Below, one piece after another: positions 1 to 12,972 of a stretch of 64,000 bases of DNA. The stretch is taken from positions 37,944,001 to 38,008,000 of the forward strand of contig NC_042997.1 in the NCBI RefSeq assembly GCF_006345805.1, given 5' to 3'. A program made the translations under genes and the position numbers. The DNA is from Octopus sinensis. Lineage: Eukaryota. The first letter of the stretch is position 1; each line of letters begins with the position of its first letter. The notes under the pieces were generated by a model. The model was not told the DNA's origin. It did no database searches and saw only the letters and a program-made list of their open reading frames with translations.

Positions 1-949
1 ATCGCAAATCTAAACCGTCTAAATTTACGAACTATAGTGGGGTGGAATCCAGAGTTAATCCCCGTCACCAGAATTTTAGCAAAAGCAAATTAAAGATGAT
101 TCATTAATACAAAACTCAATATCCACTAAATAATCATAGTATTTCCCATTTTGTCCCCGCTAAAACCTTCCAGATTACCTCCTTCGTAATCCTGAAAAAC
201 ATCATGGCCTATGGTCGAACCGTTTGACAATGAAGAGGGAACAGACAAATAGAAGGAGAGATGGAAAGACAGACGGACAAACGGACAGACAGACGGGCAT
301 AACGCCCATTATAATAAGATTATGCACCAAATATAACTGCGCATTATGTGATAGAGAAAAATGCCGAAGGAGATCGGCATGTAAAGTACTTTAACAGCGT
401 AATATATTTTATGAACATTGTTGCTTTGAAGCCTTAGAAATATATTTTATATTGAGTTTTGTATAAAATATAAGATAAGGCATTTCAAAATATTGATAGA
501 TTGAAATGCATTTTTATATTACCTTTATACAATTGTGTTCCTTACTTGTCTTCACTAATCCATTACAGAAGCTTTTAAAATTCAATTTTAAAACATCCTG
601 TCTTCATATTATATAAATATCAATTACATACAGTATAGGAATACACCAGATATTTGTTTTATATATTTCAATAATATACTAATGGATATTATATTTGTGT
701 GTATGAGTATGTATTGAATTGAGTGGTAGATTATAAATGCATGTTTTACACTAGTGTATATATGTTTGTGTATGTGTGTGTGCATGTGGTTTTAGATAGA
801 TTAATCAACGCAGTAAATTCTGCGTACCCTTTCGTGTTGATGCAGCCATTTGTGACTTCAAATCCGAAAAATACACTTTCAAGTTTATATATTCAGCATC
901 CTGAAATAAAATTCAAGGTTCTAGTAGAATATAATTGCTCATGATGTGA

Positions 950-1040
950 CCGCGTGGTATTTTGGGCAAACGTTTTCTCCTGCAGCCTCGGAGGCGACCA
1001 AAGCTTTGCGAGTGGATTTGGTGGGAGGAAGCTGAAAGCA
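950..1040 (+). mobile_element. SINE family C fragment (degenerate)
   Basis: Resembles the head/body of the copies at 57161 and 50010 (..gaccaaagctttgcgagtggatttggt..gaa.ctgaaag). Confidence 0.45.
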
Positions 1041-1073
1041 TTACCGGTTCGCTCGTTGAGTATCAATATATTA

Positions 1074-1452
1074 GTGGATGCGCAATGGCTCAGTGGTTAG
1101 GGTAGCGGACTCGCGGTCATAGGATCGCGGTTTCGATTCTCAGACCGGGCGTTGTGTGTGTTTATTGAGCGAAAACACCTAAAGCTCCACGATGCTCCGG
1201 CAGGGGATGGTGGTGATCCTTGCTGTACTCTTTCACCACAACTTCCTCTCACTCTTACTTCCTGTTTCTGTTGTACCTGTATTTCAAAGGGCCGGCCTTG
1301 TCACTCTCTGTGTCACGCTGAATATCCCCGAGAACTACGTTAAGGGAACACGTGTCTGTGGAGTGCTCAGCCACTTACACGTTAATTTCACGAGCAGGCT
1401 GTTCCGTTGATTCGGATCAACCGGAACCCTCGTCGTCGTAACCGACGGAGTG
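1074..1452 (+). mobile_element. tRNA-derived SINE family A (tRNA-Arg-like head), tail type 1
   Basis: A-box TGGCTCAGTGG, B-box-like GTTTCGATTCT and anticodon-like TCG; head shared with copies at 12330-12600, 52237 and 63012; 3' ~190 bp shared with the SINE at 8940-9263. Confidence 0.8.
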
Positions 1453-1494
1453 CTTCCCCATTCCATCCATCAATATATGTTAAGTTAGTTTTCT

Positions 1495-1507
1495 TCAGTA
1501 GTAGTAG

Positions 1508-1549
<42 letters not shown>

Positions 1550-1570
1550 CAGTAGCAGCAGCAGCAGCGG
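1495..1570. repeat. (TAG)n/(CAG)n microsatellite
   Basis: Direct reading. Confidence 0.95.
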
Positions 1571-2079
1571 CAACAGCTGCTGTTGTTTTTGTTGTGCAGT
1601 TTCTTGATTTGTTGGGGCTGTAAAAATGTATTTTCCTTTCCAGTTTCTGTTTCTTGTTTATTCGTTCATTCATATAAATTCTTACAACTTGTTTACTTTA
1701 GCTGGTGGTTCTTTCGTTTTGTGTTCTTTATTTATGCCGAGAGGTGGATCCGAGGAAAAGTGGAAGACGTATTTTGCATTAGATATAAGCGGCAGAATAA
1801 AATTAAAATATGTTAGGAAATCGATACTAAGGTCTGGCCCAAGTAGATATGAATATTCCAAAGTGCTCGTTAAGTGTTCAAGACTAATGTATAAATCAAA
1901 ATCTAATTTACTTTTTTACGCTTCCACATGTAAAGCTCCGTGAAAAGATTGGGGAAGATTTTTCTCCCGTCCGTCGAAATCCGCAGTAAAATGATATTGA
2001 TGTAAACGATTAGAATATTTTCAAAATTTGACACAAGGCAACCACTTTTGGTGATGAGGAACAGTCGATTGTATAACTG

Positions 2080-2395
2080 TTATTTATTTATCGACCTCCG
2101 AAAGGACGGAAGGCAAGGTCAACCTCGACGAAATTTGAACTCAGAAGGTAACCACTGACGAAATACCTATTTCTTTACTACCCACAAGGGGCTAAACACA
2201 GAGGGGACAAACAAGGACAGACATAGGTATTAAGTCGATTACATCGACCCCAGTGCGTAACTGGTACTTAATTTATCGACCCCGAAAGTATGAAAGGCAA
2301 AGTCGACCACGGCGGAATTTGAACTCACAACGTAACGCAGTCGAAATACCGCTAAGCGTTTTGCCCGGTGTACTAGAGAGTCTGCCTGCTCGCCA
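2080..2395 (-). mobile_element. SINE family B, head-to-tail partial dimer
   Basis: Homologous to 44426-44872. The body segment starting GGTATTTCG (minus strand) occurs twice, separated by the tail ..gtagtaaagaaata. Confidence 0.75.
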
Positions 2396-2903
2396 CTTTA
2401 ATGATGGTAATTATAATAAAAAATGAAAATAAGTAATATTAATGATATTAATAGCAACAAGGTGTAGTCGAATACATCGATCCCATGATGTATCATTTAA
2501 CATCTTATATTTATTCTATCCGCCTCTTTCGCCGAACTACCACAATACAAAACGAACCCAAACCGATTTTCTAATGGTGGTGGGTTACAAAGAAAAACAT
2601 AAAGACAAACATGTATAGATATCTATACATATAAATATACGACAGATGTCTCTCAGTGTCCGCCTGCCAAATTCACTTACAACACAAAAGTCAGCACAAT
2701 GCTGCTGTAAAAGACAATTCGTAATATACCACGTAAGGAACTCAACCCACAACCATCGTTTACGAAACGGACTTCTTACAATACAGCCGCGCCTATGCAT
2801 TTTACGCTTTACACAAAGCAAACAATTTCAAGGCATGGGAGCAGTCTACAACAACTACGGCAATATTTTACTGGTACGTAATAATATCGATCTTGCTTAT
2901 ACA

Positions 2904-2904
<1 letters not shown>

Positions 2905-2984
<80 letters not shown>

Positions 2985-3140
2985 AAAACCAAATATATGG
3001 CACACTAGGCATAACAACACGAACTTCCAACCTGTTGTCTCTTGAGGTCTCTGGGTGAGACTTGGAGCCAACTTGTACAAATTTAAAGCAAAAGTCAAAC
3101 ATAGAATAATAATAATTAAACTAATAATAATATAATAATA

Positions 3141-3184
<44 letters not shown>

Positions 3185-3275
3185 GAAATAATAATAGTAA
3201 TAATATTAATAATAATAATAATAATGATAATAATAATAATAAAAATTAAAATAATAATAATAAAGTAATATTAAT
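2905..3275. repeat. (AAT)n microsatellite interrupted by a ~120 bp insert (2984-3104)
   Basis: Pure AAT run 2905-2983, degenerate AAT run 3105-3275. Confidence 0.95.
2984..3104 (+). mobile_element. Probable 3' UTR end of an R4/Dong-like LINE, heavily 5'-truncated
   Basis: Non-repetitive insert with (AAT)n on both sides, next to a Dong-like element; no coding motif visible, so identity is inferred. Confidence 0.4.
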
Positions 3276-3289
3276 CATAATTTAAGAAA

Positions 3290-4590
3290 CATGTACCTGG
3301 GGACTTTAGAAATGGATAAATTGGTGGAGAAAGAAATGACAGAAAAATTTAAAGTGGTGTACTTGCGCAGACTGAGATTGAACCTTATGTCGAAATTAAA
3401 CGGACGGAATAAGGTCGAAACTAACAACACCTGGGCGGTTTCACGCCTTAGATATGGAGCAGAGGTAAATAAATGGACAGTAGACGAACTAAACATTTTA
3501 GACAGAAAGACAAGTGGCTGACTAGATGTGGGATACTCCACCCAAAAAGTGACACAGACGGACTGCATGTACCAAGAAAAAGAAGGGGAAGAGGACTGAT
3601 TGGATGCGAACACAACATTAGCGCAAGAGAAAACAAAATAGAACGGTATATAAAAATGCCACAGAACTGCTATTATTAGAAGTACGAATGTCAGGCTTGT
3701 GTAGAATGAAAGATTGCAAAGATAAAGCACTATACAAGAAATTGAAAACGAATGAAAGTGAAAATAGGTTGGTAAAGAATAGAATGCATGGCCAATTTCA
3801 TAGAGACAGAAAAAAGGATGGCTGTGGATAACTAAAAGTGATTTAAAATCGGAAATGGAGGCTCTAATATGTGCTGCCCAAGATCAAGCACTAAGTACAA
3901 ACTATATAAAATACACAGTAGACTACACACCAGAAAGTGATAAGTGCAGAATCTGTGGACAAAATGGTAAAAACGTATGGCATATTACTAGCAAATGTAC
4001 GCGACTATCACAGAAGGAATGTAAGAGACACCTCGACAATATAGCAAGGCTTGTCCATTGGACACTCTGCAACAAGTATGACTTGAGAGAGAAAAATTTG
4101 GTACGACTACAAGCCTGATGACATCGTCGTAAATGGAAATGCAAAGATCCTATGGGATTTTATGATTCAGTGCGACCATGAGATAAATAGGAAGCCGGAC
4201 ATAGTCTTAATTGAAAAAGAAAAGAAACTATGCTGGATCATAGATATAGCATGCCCAGCTGACAAAAAAGGTATGCGATAAGAAAGAAAGAAAAGTTGAG
4301 AGATATGACAGGTTAGCTTGGGATGTTAAGCAGTTGTGCTCGATGAAAAAGCTAGCAGTATTACCAATAATTGTCGGAGCCCTGGGAACAGTGAGCAAAA
4401 ATCTCGAGAAGTACGTGGAAGAAATAGGGGATGCAGTAAGGGTGGAGCACTTGCAGAAAACAGCACTGCTTGGAACCGCTCGAATACTCAGGAAGGTGCT
4501 TGAACAATAAGAGGTGTTACCTTAGTTCACTGGCACTGAAGAGCTGACACTCTAGTACATCTCCAGCATTAGAAGCTGTGCAAAGGCAAT
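3290..4590 (+). mobile_element. 5'-truncated, degenerate R4/Dong-clade non-LTR retrotransposon (RT C-terminus, CCHC finger, restriction-like endonuclease)
   Basis: Frameshifted peptides YLGTLE..YLRRLRL..SKLNGRNK..NTWAVSRLRYGA; HPKSD..PRKRRGRGL; EALICAAQDQAL; CRICGQNGKNVWHITSKC; KILWDFMIQCD..RKPDIV..IIDIACP; PIIVGALG..LQKTALLGTARILRKVL. Flanked by (AAT)n. Confidence 0.9.
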
Positions 4591-4594
4591 GATA

Positions 4595-4621
4595 GCAGTA
4601 GTAGTAGTAGTTGTAGTAGTA

Positions 4622-4700
<79 letters not shown>
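4595..4700. repeat. (TAG)n/(TAA)n microsatellite at the 3' end of the Dong-like element
   Basis: Direct reading. Confidence 0.95.
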
Positions 4701-4702
<2 letters not shown>

Positions 4703-5082
4703 CGGAAAAAAGCTCTCAAAGTACAAATACCTTAAATAGAGATAACCTGAATGTGGAGCCTAAAATAATATGTGCATTATGTATGATTAAAAAAGCATTG
4801 AAACAAATACGTAACCAAAACACCTGGACTTGCAAATGTATAAAACATACAGAAAATAGCACTACTAGGTACCGTGCATATTGTACGTAAAGTACTTCCA
4901 ATACAGTGTAACTGAGAGCACGAAAAGAAACCATAGCGAAATGAAACCAAGATACAGAAGGCTTCGCTCGGTACTACAATGGAAGCTTATGATAGAAATA
5001 AGATAATGATAATAAAATAATAAACAACAGCTACTACTAATACAACCACTACAACTATTACCTCTACTACTAATACTACCAA

Positions 5083-5126
<44 letters not shown>

Positions 5127-5329
5127 AAACATGATAATAATAATCATGATGATCATGTTCATAATCACGTTGATATTCGTTATGATGATGATGATCATGT
5201 TGACGATGATAATCATACGAAAGAAGAAAATAATGCTTCTGCTAGCCTATTTGTGTATGCATATTTGTGCGTGCAATTTTGCCTGCATGTTTCTGTTAGT
5301 TAGATAGTGTGTGTGTGTGTGTGTGTGTG

Positions 5330-5360
<31 letters not shown>

Positions 5361-5940
5361 CATGTTTTTGAGTGCCTTCGTGAAAATCTTTTCCGGAAGA
5401 GCATTGTAAATATGTTTTACAACAAATGTTTCGTATTTACCATTCTTCTTTTTTTTTTCCAGTTTTTTTTTTGGGGCATGGGGATGTCGGGTCGTTAAGT
5501 CTTGCGCTCTTTAGCGAACTTCTACACTGTTGGAATTCCGGTTTGATTATAATGATATCGGTGATTTGTACATTGTACTAAAAAGCCAAACGTGTTGCGT
5601 TTCTTACCAATTTATATTCACATTGTAATCTCGTAAATAAATGCACAAATGCATATTAATGCAATGATCTGAATGCAATTATACAAACATGGATCAGAAT
5701 CTCAGAAAAGGTGAGGAAGTATGTAGGTAGGTAGGTATATACACATCGTAAAATAAATTGAACCATGGAGTTAATGGATATACATCATGACTTGCTGAAA
5801 AATTCATCCCAATATACAGTTAAAATATTGAACTTCCTGATATTTTCGTAAGAAAATTCTGAAAATTCGAACTAAAAATATGTTGTCAGATATAAGCAAC
5901 CTTTATTCCTCTGGCACCAAAGTAAATCTTCTCTTTTCCT

Positions 5941-5942
<2 letters not shown>

Positions 5943-5997
<55 letters not shown>

Positions 5998-6048
5998 ACA
6001 CTCTCTACCTCTCTCTTTCTGACTACGTATATTATACATATATAATTG

Positions 6049-6099
<51 letters not shown>

Positions 6100-6425
6100 A
6101 TATATATATGTATGTATATATATATACATACATATGTTTATATATATATATGCAGGTACGTGAATATTCGAATCTACATACGTTATTTAACATGCATATC
6201 TATCTATCTGTATATATATATATATATATATATATAGATAGATATACATATACATAGATACATACAAACATTCATACATACATACATACATAGATACATA
6301 CATACATATATACAAACATTCATACATACATACATACAATCATACATACATACATACATGCATACATACATACATACATACATACATACATACATACATA
6401 CATACATACATACATACATACATGT
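5943..6425. repeat. Compound microsatellite (CT)n/(TA)n/(CATA)n
   Basis: Direct reading. Confidence 0.9.
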
Positions 6426-7284
6426 AGACACACATAGACATACGAGCTTGCATATATACATACATTATAGGCTTCAGAGAAAATTCAGAAAAATAAACAA
6501 TACTTGTTTTCCATTTGTTTTTTGGGGTTTTTTTCGGTTTTATAGTTTTTGATGTTTTTCTATGCATGTCTTTTGAATATTTCTTTGAATGAGTGAAAAC
6601 CGACAAACGCATATTCATAAAGACAAATATCTATCTATAAGATTTTAATGATCAATGAAATATGCAATATACAAATTTACATATAATTTGCATACCTTTA
6701 ATGACATAGGTATGGTTTATAGATTATGCTGTGAAAAGAAATAATATACCAGTGGATTGTAAGAAAAGGAAACCTTTAATATCGCACAAAATTAATTCAG
6801 TAGCATGTAACTTAAAACCGTGTCGGCCAAACGGGGATTATTATTAATATACACGTATTCTGTTCACTACTGTCATATTAATACTGTTCTCTTATATTAT
6901 TCATTATGTATAATTATCTTGCGATGTGCGCTATCTTTACAAATTGAGATATCTCAAACTGAATATATGACTCAAGTATTAGAAATAATATATATTTTCA
7001 AGAAAAATACATACAGAATATGATTGTGTACTTATGAATATTCTATTAGGAAAATGAGATGGACGTAATTGTGTGACATGTTTTTTTTTTAAAAAGTAAA
7101 TGTAATTTCTCTGAGCTGGAAGACACGCACTGGCAACTTATTTGATTCTATGTGATGTTAGTTAAAGTGTTATTACAAAATCCCGGTGTGTTTCCTACAT
7201 TAACTTTTGAAATAATCATATGGAGATAAACAATAATTCATTTCTACATTTTATCTTTTTTTAATTTTGTATTTTAATATATTT

Positions 7285-7449
7285 TATCTTTTACTTGTTT
7301 CAACCATTTAACTTCGGTCATGCCGTGGCACCGCCTTCAAAGGATTTTTAGTGGGAGAAATCCACCCCATGACTTATTTTTGTAAACCCTGGTACTTATT
7401 AACAACGGTAGGAGACAAACACAGACACAAATACACACACACACAACGA

Positions 7450-7480
<31 letters not shown>

Positions 7481-7655
7481 GCACATATATACAACAGGTT
7501 TCTTTTAGTTCGCGTTTACCAATCCATTACCAAGGACTTGGTCGACCCGAGGCTATCGTAAAAGAAACCTAACCAAGGTGCCACACATGGGACTGATACC
7601 GGAACGGTGTGGCTAGGAAGCAAGCTTCTTATCACACAGCCACGCCTACGTCAGT
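7285..7655 (-). mobile_element. SINE family C, diverged copy with internal (CA)n
   Basis: Collinear with 50010-50410 (ttacttgtttca..ggtcgacccgaggctat..ccaaggtgccac..acacagccac). Confidence 0.75.
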
Positions 7656-8264
7656 GGACACACCTGCGCCTCTATATATCTGTGGATTTCAACAAGGGAA
7701 TGGGAATTAACGAGAAATATAGCTACTAAATTTACCGTACAGAGCAGTAGCTGCTCATATATGCATACATACATAGTTATATGCATAAATATATACAATT
7801 CAATTGTTAACTGTTCTTGCTGGCCAGTAGATTCATAACCAAAACCAATGTGTTGTTGACAATAATATCGTTCATGTTTTTATGTATATAACACCAAATT
7901 CTATGTATGAAGCAGTCGAGATAGTCACAATGTAAGGGATTGTGTCATTTGAACAGCTGTTAAAGATATTCCAGGTGATAGGAAGGAACTCATGTGAAGA
8001 TCAAAGACGGACAAAGAGAAACACATAGCTTTAAATTCTGTATTTGCATGCATAGAATAAGCAGGTATGAATGTATACATTCTTTGTATCAAAAGCTTCT
8101 ATATATGAAAACTCATATATTCTATTCAGATTTTGAATTACAATTTAAATATGAATAAAATACAAAAATTATCAAATCAACAAGAGAATAAAATTTTCGT
8201 CTATCTTATAAAAAATTCATATGGGATATTATTTGTTTCGAATTTTGAAGCAAGCCAGCAATTT

Positions 8265-8410
8265 AGCGGGAGGGTCGATTACAGCAGTTCAAGTTCTATA
8301 CTGGTACTTATTGAATCGACTCCGAAGAGACGAAAGGCAAAGTCAGCCACGTCGGAATTTGAACTTAGAATATACAGACGAACGAAATGCTACGAAGCAT
8401 TTTATTCTGC
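8265..8410 (-). mobile_element. SINE family B, degenerate
   Basis: gtcgatt..ctggtacttat..tcgac.ccgaa..gaaaggcaaagtc..ggaatttgaact motif string shared with 2240-2350. Confidence 0.65.
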
Positions 8411-8939
8411 TATATCGCCGCCTTCATATCAAATAATATTTAATATGTCAAAAAATATATTATGGCTGCTAGAACATAAGTGATAAGTATTAATATGCTG
8501 ACATAACGATACATTTCGAAAGCTCGATCCGAATCATTTAACTCCATATTAAACGTTAATACTTCATTAGAAATGTATGAAAACTATTAGAATCAGTTTT
8601 TTTCCCTTATGTCAAAAGTCACATGTTACGATTCAAGTAATTCAAATATGATTTTTCAATTCATATCAAGCAACGGATTACGGTTTGTATAAACGCTAGT
8701 TTTCCTAAATGTTTTGAAAAAGTAATGCTTTAAATGAATTTTACTTATATTAATTTTCCTTAATTATGCATGTTAATTGGGTAATTATAGAATTAATTAT
8801 GGTTATTACGAATAATGCACATTCTGAAAGTAATTTAAACGCGTCCACTCTTCACTACACTTGATACATCATTTATATTTTATACATCATTTTTTAAAGA
8901 TTCCATCTTCTGTCTTATATATGTGTATATAAAAAAAAA

Positions 8940-9263
8940 AGACTCCGCCGGTTACGACGTCGAGGGTCCCAGCTGATACGATCAACGGAACAGCTTGCTC
9001 GTGAAATTAACGTGCAAATGGCTGAGCATTCCACAGACACGTGTACCCTAACGTAATTCTCGGGGATAATCAGCGTGACACACAGAGAGTGACAAGGCTG
9101 ACCCTTTGAAGTACAAGTACAACTCATTTTGCCAGCTGAGTGGGGACTGGAGCAACGTGAAATAAAGTGTCTTGCTCAAGGACACAACGCGTCGCCGGGA
9201 ATCGAACTCACAACCTTACGATCATGAGCCGAATGCCCTAACCACTAAGCCACGCGCCCTCAC
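8940..9263 (-). mobile_element. tRNA-derived SINE family D with CORE-like central motif and tail type 1
   Basis: Minus strand: A-box TGGCTTAGTGG, B-box GAGTTCGATTCC, GTCCTTGAGCAAGACACTT motif; 3' part homologous to 1270-1452. Confidence 0.8.
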
Positions 9264-9341
9264 TTATATGTGTATATATATATATGCTGACACACACACA
9301 CATATATATATATGCATATATGTAATATATATATATATATA

Positions 9342-9393
<52 letters not shown>

Positions 9394-10141
9394 GTAGGTA
9401 TATATATATATGCATATATACATACGTATATGTATATACATACATTTAAACGTATATATATATACTCATATTTGGGCAGAGGACGTCACGAAACATGTAC
9501 AACGAAAAAACGAAGTACCAGTACTTGGAATGTGAACTGTTTTTTCAAACAACGAAAGGCACACATGGAAAACAAGACAAAAAACACAAAAAACGACCCT
9601 TCGTCATTTGTTGGCTGTTTTTCTACTCTCGTATTTCGAGTATTTAACAATAAGATATGCTTTTGATAAAACAGTTGCTCCCACAAAGCAAATTAAATAA
9701 TATTTGGGATTTTGCAGACGGTCAACATTGGTAGCACAAACGGGACAGTAAAAACAAACAGGAAGGACTGCTAAGCCTAAACGATGCTGTGGTGACGAAC
9801 GCGTAAATCAAGCTTGGACGTGAGACAGACATGAACACGTGTTCCTTGAACCAGCTACACCGGAGGGAAAACAGAAAGACAGTTAGGAAGAAAAGGATGG
9901 CCGATGGTCACGTGGGAGACACATGAGCAAGGGAGGGAGAGCGAGGGAGAGAGAATGACAGAGAAAGAACTGTGAAGGTGAGAGGAAAAAATTGGAGGTA
10001 GTATAAGTGAGAAAATACAGGATGGGAGAAGGGGAGAAAGAAAGAGAGAGAAATGAAAGAGTAATAGGATAGAATAATAGAAGCGAAGGTAAAAGAATGA
10101 GAGAAAGTAAGAAAAACGAAAGAGTAATATATATATATATT

Positions 10142-10180
<39 letters not shown>

Positions 10181-10776
10181 TTCTAGTTTAGTCTACATTC
10201 TCCATTTAGATATATAATTTTTCTCATTAACTTTCATGCAGATTTATATATTTGATTCTTATTTTGATATTACAACAAAAGGTCATTGACTCCAGTCACA
10301 CTGAACTGTTGTTTTCGATTTATAAATATTGAATCCCTAGTACAAACACACTGGCCACTTGGCTTGGACAACGTTATGAACCTGTTTGGTATATAAATAG
10401 TATACTAGCACACGAGTATGTAAGCTGATTAAAGACTTCCGATTAGTGATCTAAATCCATATCGTCTAAATTTTAAACTATATTGGGATAAAATGCTTGA
10501 TTTATGTCGTTTAAGCGAGTTATAAATTCTGATATCTACATCAATAAATGTCAACACTTTTATTTCCTCGTTGAATAGAAATCAATATTTCAGAAAAACT
10601 GCAGCTAGTCTTTTCATTAGATATTTACGCTTCATTTTGAGCAATCGATTATGTCTGTAGTGTCAATCTATCTTAAGCATTCTATGCTGCTGTTCTCGAA
10701 GGAAACTATAAATTTAAGAAATCTAGGATATTATAAAGTCCTATCATATATGTACATATATATATATGTGTGTATA

Positions 10777-10807
<31 letters not shown>

Positions 10808-10839
10808 CATATATGTATATATATATGTATATATGTATG

Positions 10840-10882
<43 letters not shown>

Positions 10883-11087
10883 AAAGGAGAGATGTACTTA
10901 CATATCTACATATACATATAGATCTATATACAGATAAACATATGCATATATATGTGTGTATATATATATACATACATACGTACGTACATACATATATAAA
11001 TACGTACGTACATACATACAAACATACGTATATAACAACATACGTACATACATACATACATACATATATACATACATATATACATAC

Positions 11088-11648
11088 AAGTATATCCCAT
11101 GTTACCTAAAATTGATTTCTAATCAGACAAAATCATACATACGTACGTACATACATATATACACACGTACGTACATACATACAAACATACGTATATAACT
11201 ACATACGTACATACATACGTACATACATACATAATACATACATACATACATACATACATACATACAAGTATATCCCATGTTACCTAAAATTGATTTCTAA
11301 TCAGACAAAATCATACATACGTACGTACATACATATATACACACGTACGTACATACATACAAATATACGTATATAACTACATACATACATACATACATAC
11401 ATACATACATACATACAAGTATATCCCATGTTACCTAAAATTGATTTCTAATCACACAAAATCATACATACGTACGTACATACATATATACACACGTACG
11501 TACATACATACAAACATACGTATATAACAACATACGTACATACATACATACATACATACATACATACATACATACATACATACATACATACATACATACA
11601 AGTATATCCCATGTTACCTAAAATTGATTTCTAATCAGACAAAATCAA
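11088..11648. repeat. Minisatellite: four copies of a 48-bp core separated by variable (TACA)n/(TACG)n spacers
   Basis: Core aagtatatcccatgttacctaaaattgatttctaatcagacaaaatca starts at ~11088, 11266, 11417 and 11600. Confidence 0.9.
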
Positions 11649-12052
11649 ATTTGTAGAAAAAAAAAAATTGTAAAAGACGAATAATTGTAAGCATTTTGAG
11701 ATATACCGATAATACGGCTTTTAGTAATATTTCGATAAATTTCCTGTTGCATGGACCGCTTTCAACACAGAAAAGAAGTTCAGAATATAACGATATTCCT
11801 TGGTGTGCAAGAATCAGCAACATACGAACCATAAGCACAGTGGAATTAATGACAGCCTGACGTACTTCACATCTCGCTATAAAATATTGGAAAAAAGTTT
11901 TATAAAAATAGGTGGAAAAAAAATCGACGGAAAAAGACAGTAGACAGTTCGTAGTAACAAAGCAGATACTTTTCATTACTATACTTACATAAATACATAC
12001 ATATATATACATACATTTATACACACACTCACACACACATATGTATATATAT

Positions 12053-12098
<46 letters not shown>

Positions 12099-12184
12099 TA
12101 CACACATATACATATATACATACATTTGTATATATATGCATATCTATCTCTCTCTCTCACTCACTTCTCTCCTCTCTCTCTCTA

Positions 12185-12239
<55 letters not shown>

Positions 12240-12329
12240 TGCTGTAGTTTCAGATCGCAGCTGCGGCCATGATAAAATACCACCATTTAATATGCTTTAG
12301 CGTTTGCTCCTTCTTGCGCCATGCCCGGC

Positions 12330-12600
12330 TCATAAGTGCCGGTTTCCCGGTTTCCTTAGCGGTATAGATTCCCCACCTACACGCCGGTCCGTCGCAGTCC
12401 GTCGCAGGTGAGATGCAAGGTGCAAGAGGAAAGAAAGTTGTGGCGAAAGAATCAGCAGAAGTTCGTCATTACCTTCTGCCGGAGCCGCGTGGAGCTTAGG
12501 TGTTTCGCTCATAAACACTCACATCGCCCGGTCAGCGTTTCGAACCCGCGATCCCTGGAACGCGAGCCCGCTGCTCTAACCACTAGGCCATGTGCTTACA
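12330..12600 (-). mobile_element. SINE family A head with tail type 2
   Basis: Minus strand TGGCCTAGTGG..GGGTTCGAAAC..gaccgggcgatgtg; homologous to 52237-52428. Confidence 0.8.
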
Positions 12601-12638
12601 GACACCACACACACACGCAGATATATATATACATATAT

Positions 12639-12735
<97 letters not shown>

Positions 12736-12832
12736 GGAGTAAACACATAAATGTGAAACAAGGTGGAAAAAAGAGTACTCAAATACCAGTGGTAGAGTAA
12801 TATGCTTTATTTTAAGCAGCAAAAAATTCAAG

Positions 12833-12879
12833 AAAATCTGTTACTCTGAGTTTCTCGTTGCCGTTCAACAGACAGTTTT
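12833..12879 (-). ncRNA. Minimal type I hammerhead-ribozyme-like motif (degenerate, CUGUUGA core)
   Basis: AAAACTGT-CTGTTGA-ACG(GCAA)CGA-GAAA-CTCAGA-GTA-ACAGATTTT; stem I pairs. Confidence 0.5.
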
Positions 12880-12906
12880 TGCTAGAATATAAGTTCCATT
12901 CTAGCA

Positions 12907-12952
12907 AAAACTGTCTGATGAACGGCAACGAGAACTCAGAGTAACAGATTTT
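12907..12952 (+). ncRNA. Minimal type I hammerhead-ribozyme-like motif (degenerate, GAA instead of GAAA)
   Basis: AAAACTGT-CTGATGA-ACG(GCAA)CGA-GAA-CTCAGA-GTA-ACAGATTTT. Confidence 0.5.
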
Positions 12953-12972
12953 GTTGAATTTTCTGCTGCTTA

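Noticed and set aside
235-320. (GACA)-rich stretch plus a GGGC-ATAAC-GCCC hairpin resembling a Helentron/HINE end
   Set aside because: Too short and degenerate; the other end may lie outside the window
1074-1150. tRNA-Arg-like sequence (also near 12530-12600, 63012-63085 and 9190-9263)
   Set aside because: No proper acceptor stem, and each continues into a multi-copy SINE body, so these are SINE heads rather than tRNA genes
11088-11648. CRISPR-like repeat-spacer look
   Set aside because: Spacers are microsatellite and mutually similar, context is eukaryotic, and there are no cas genes
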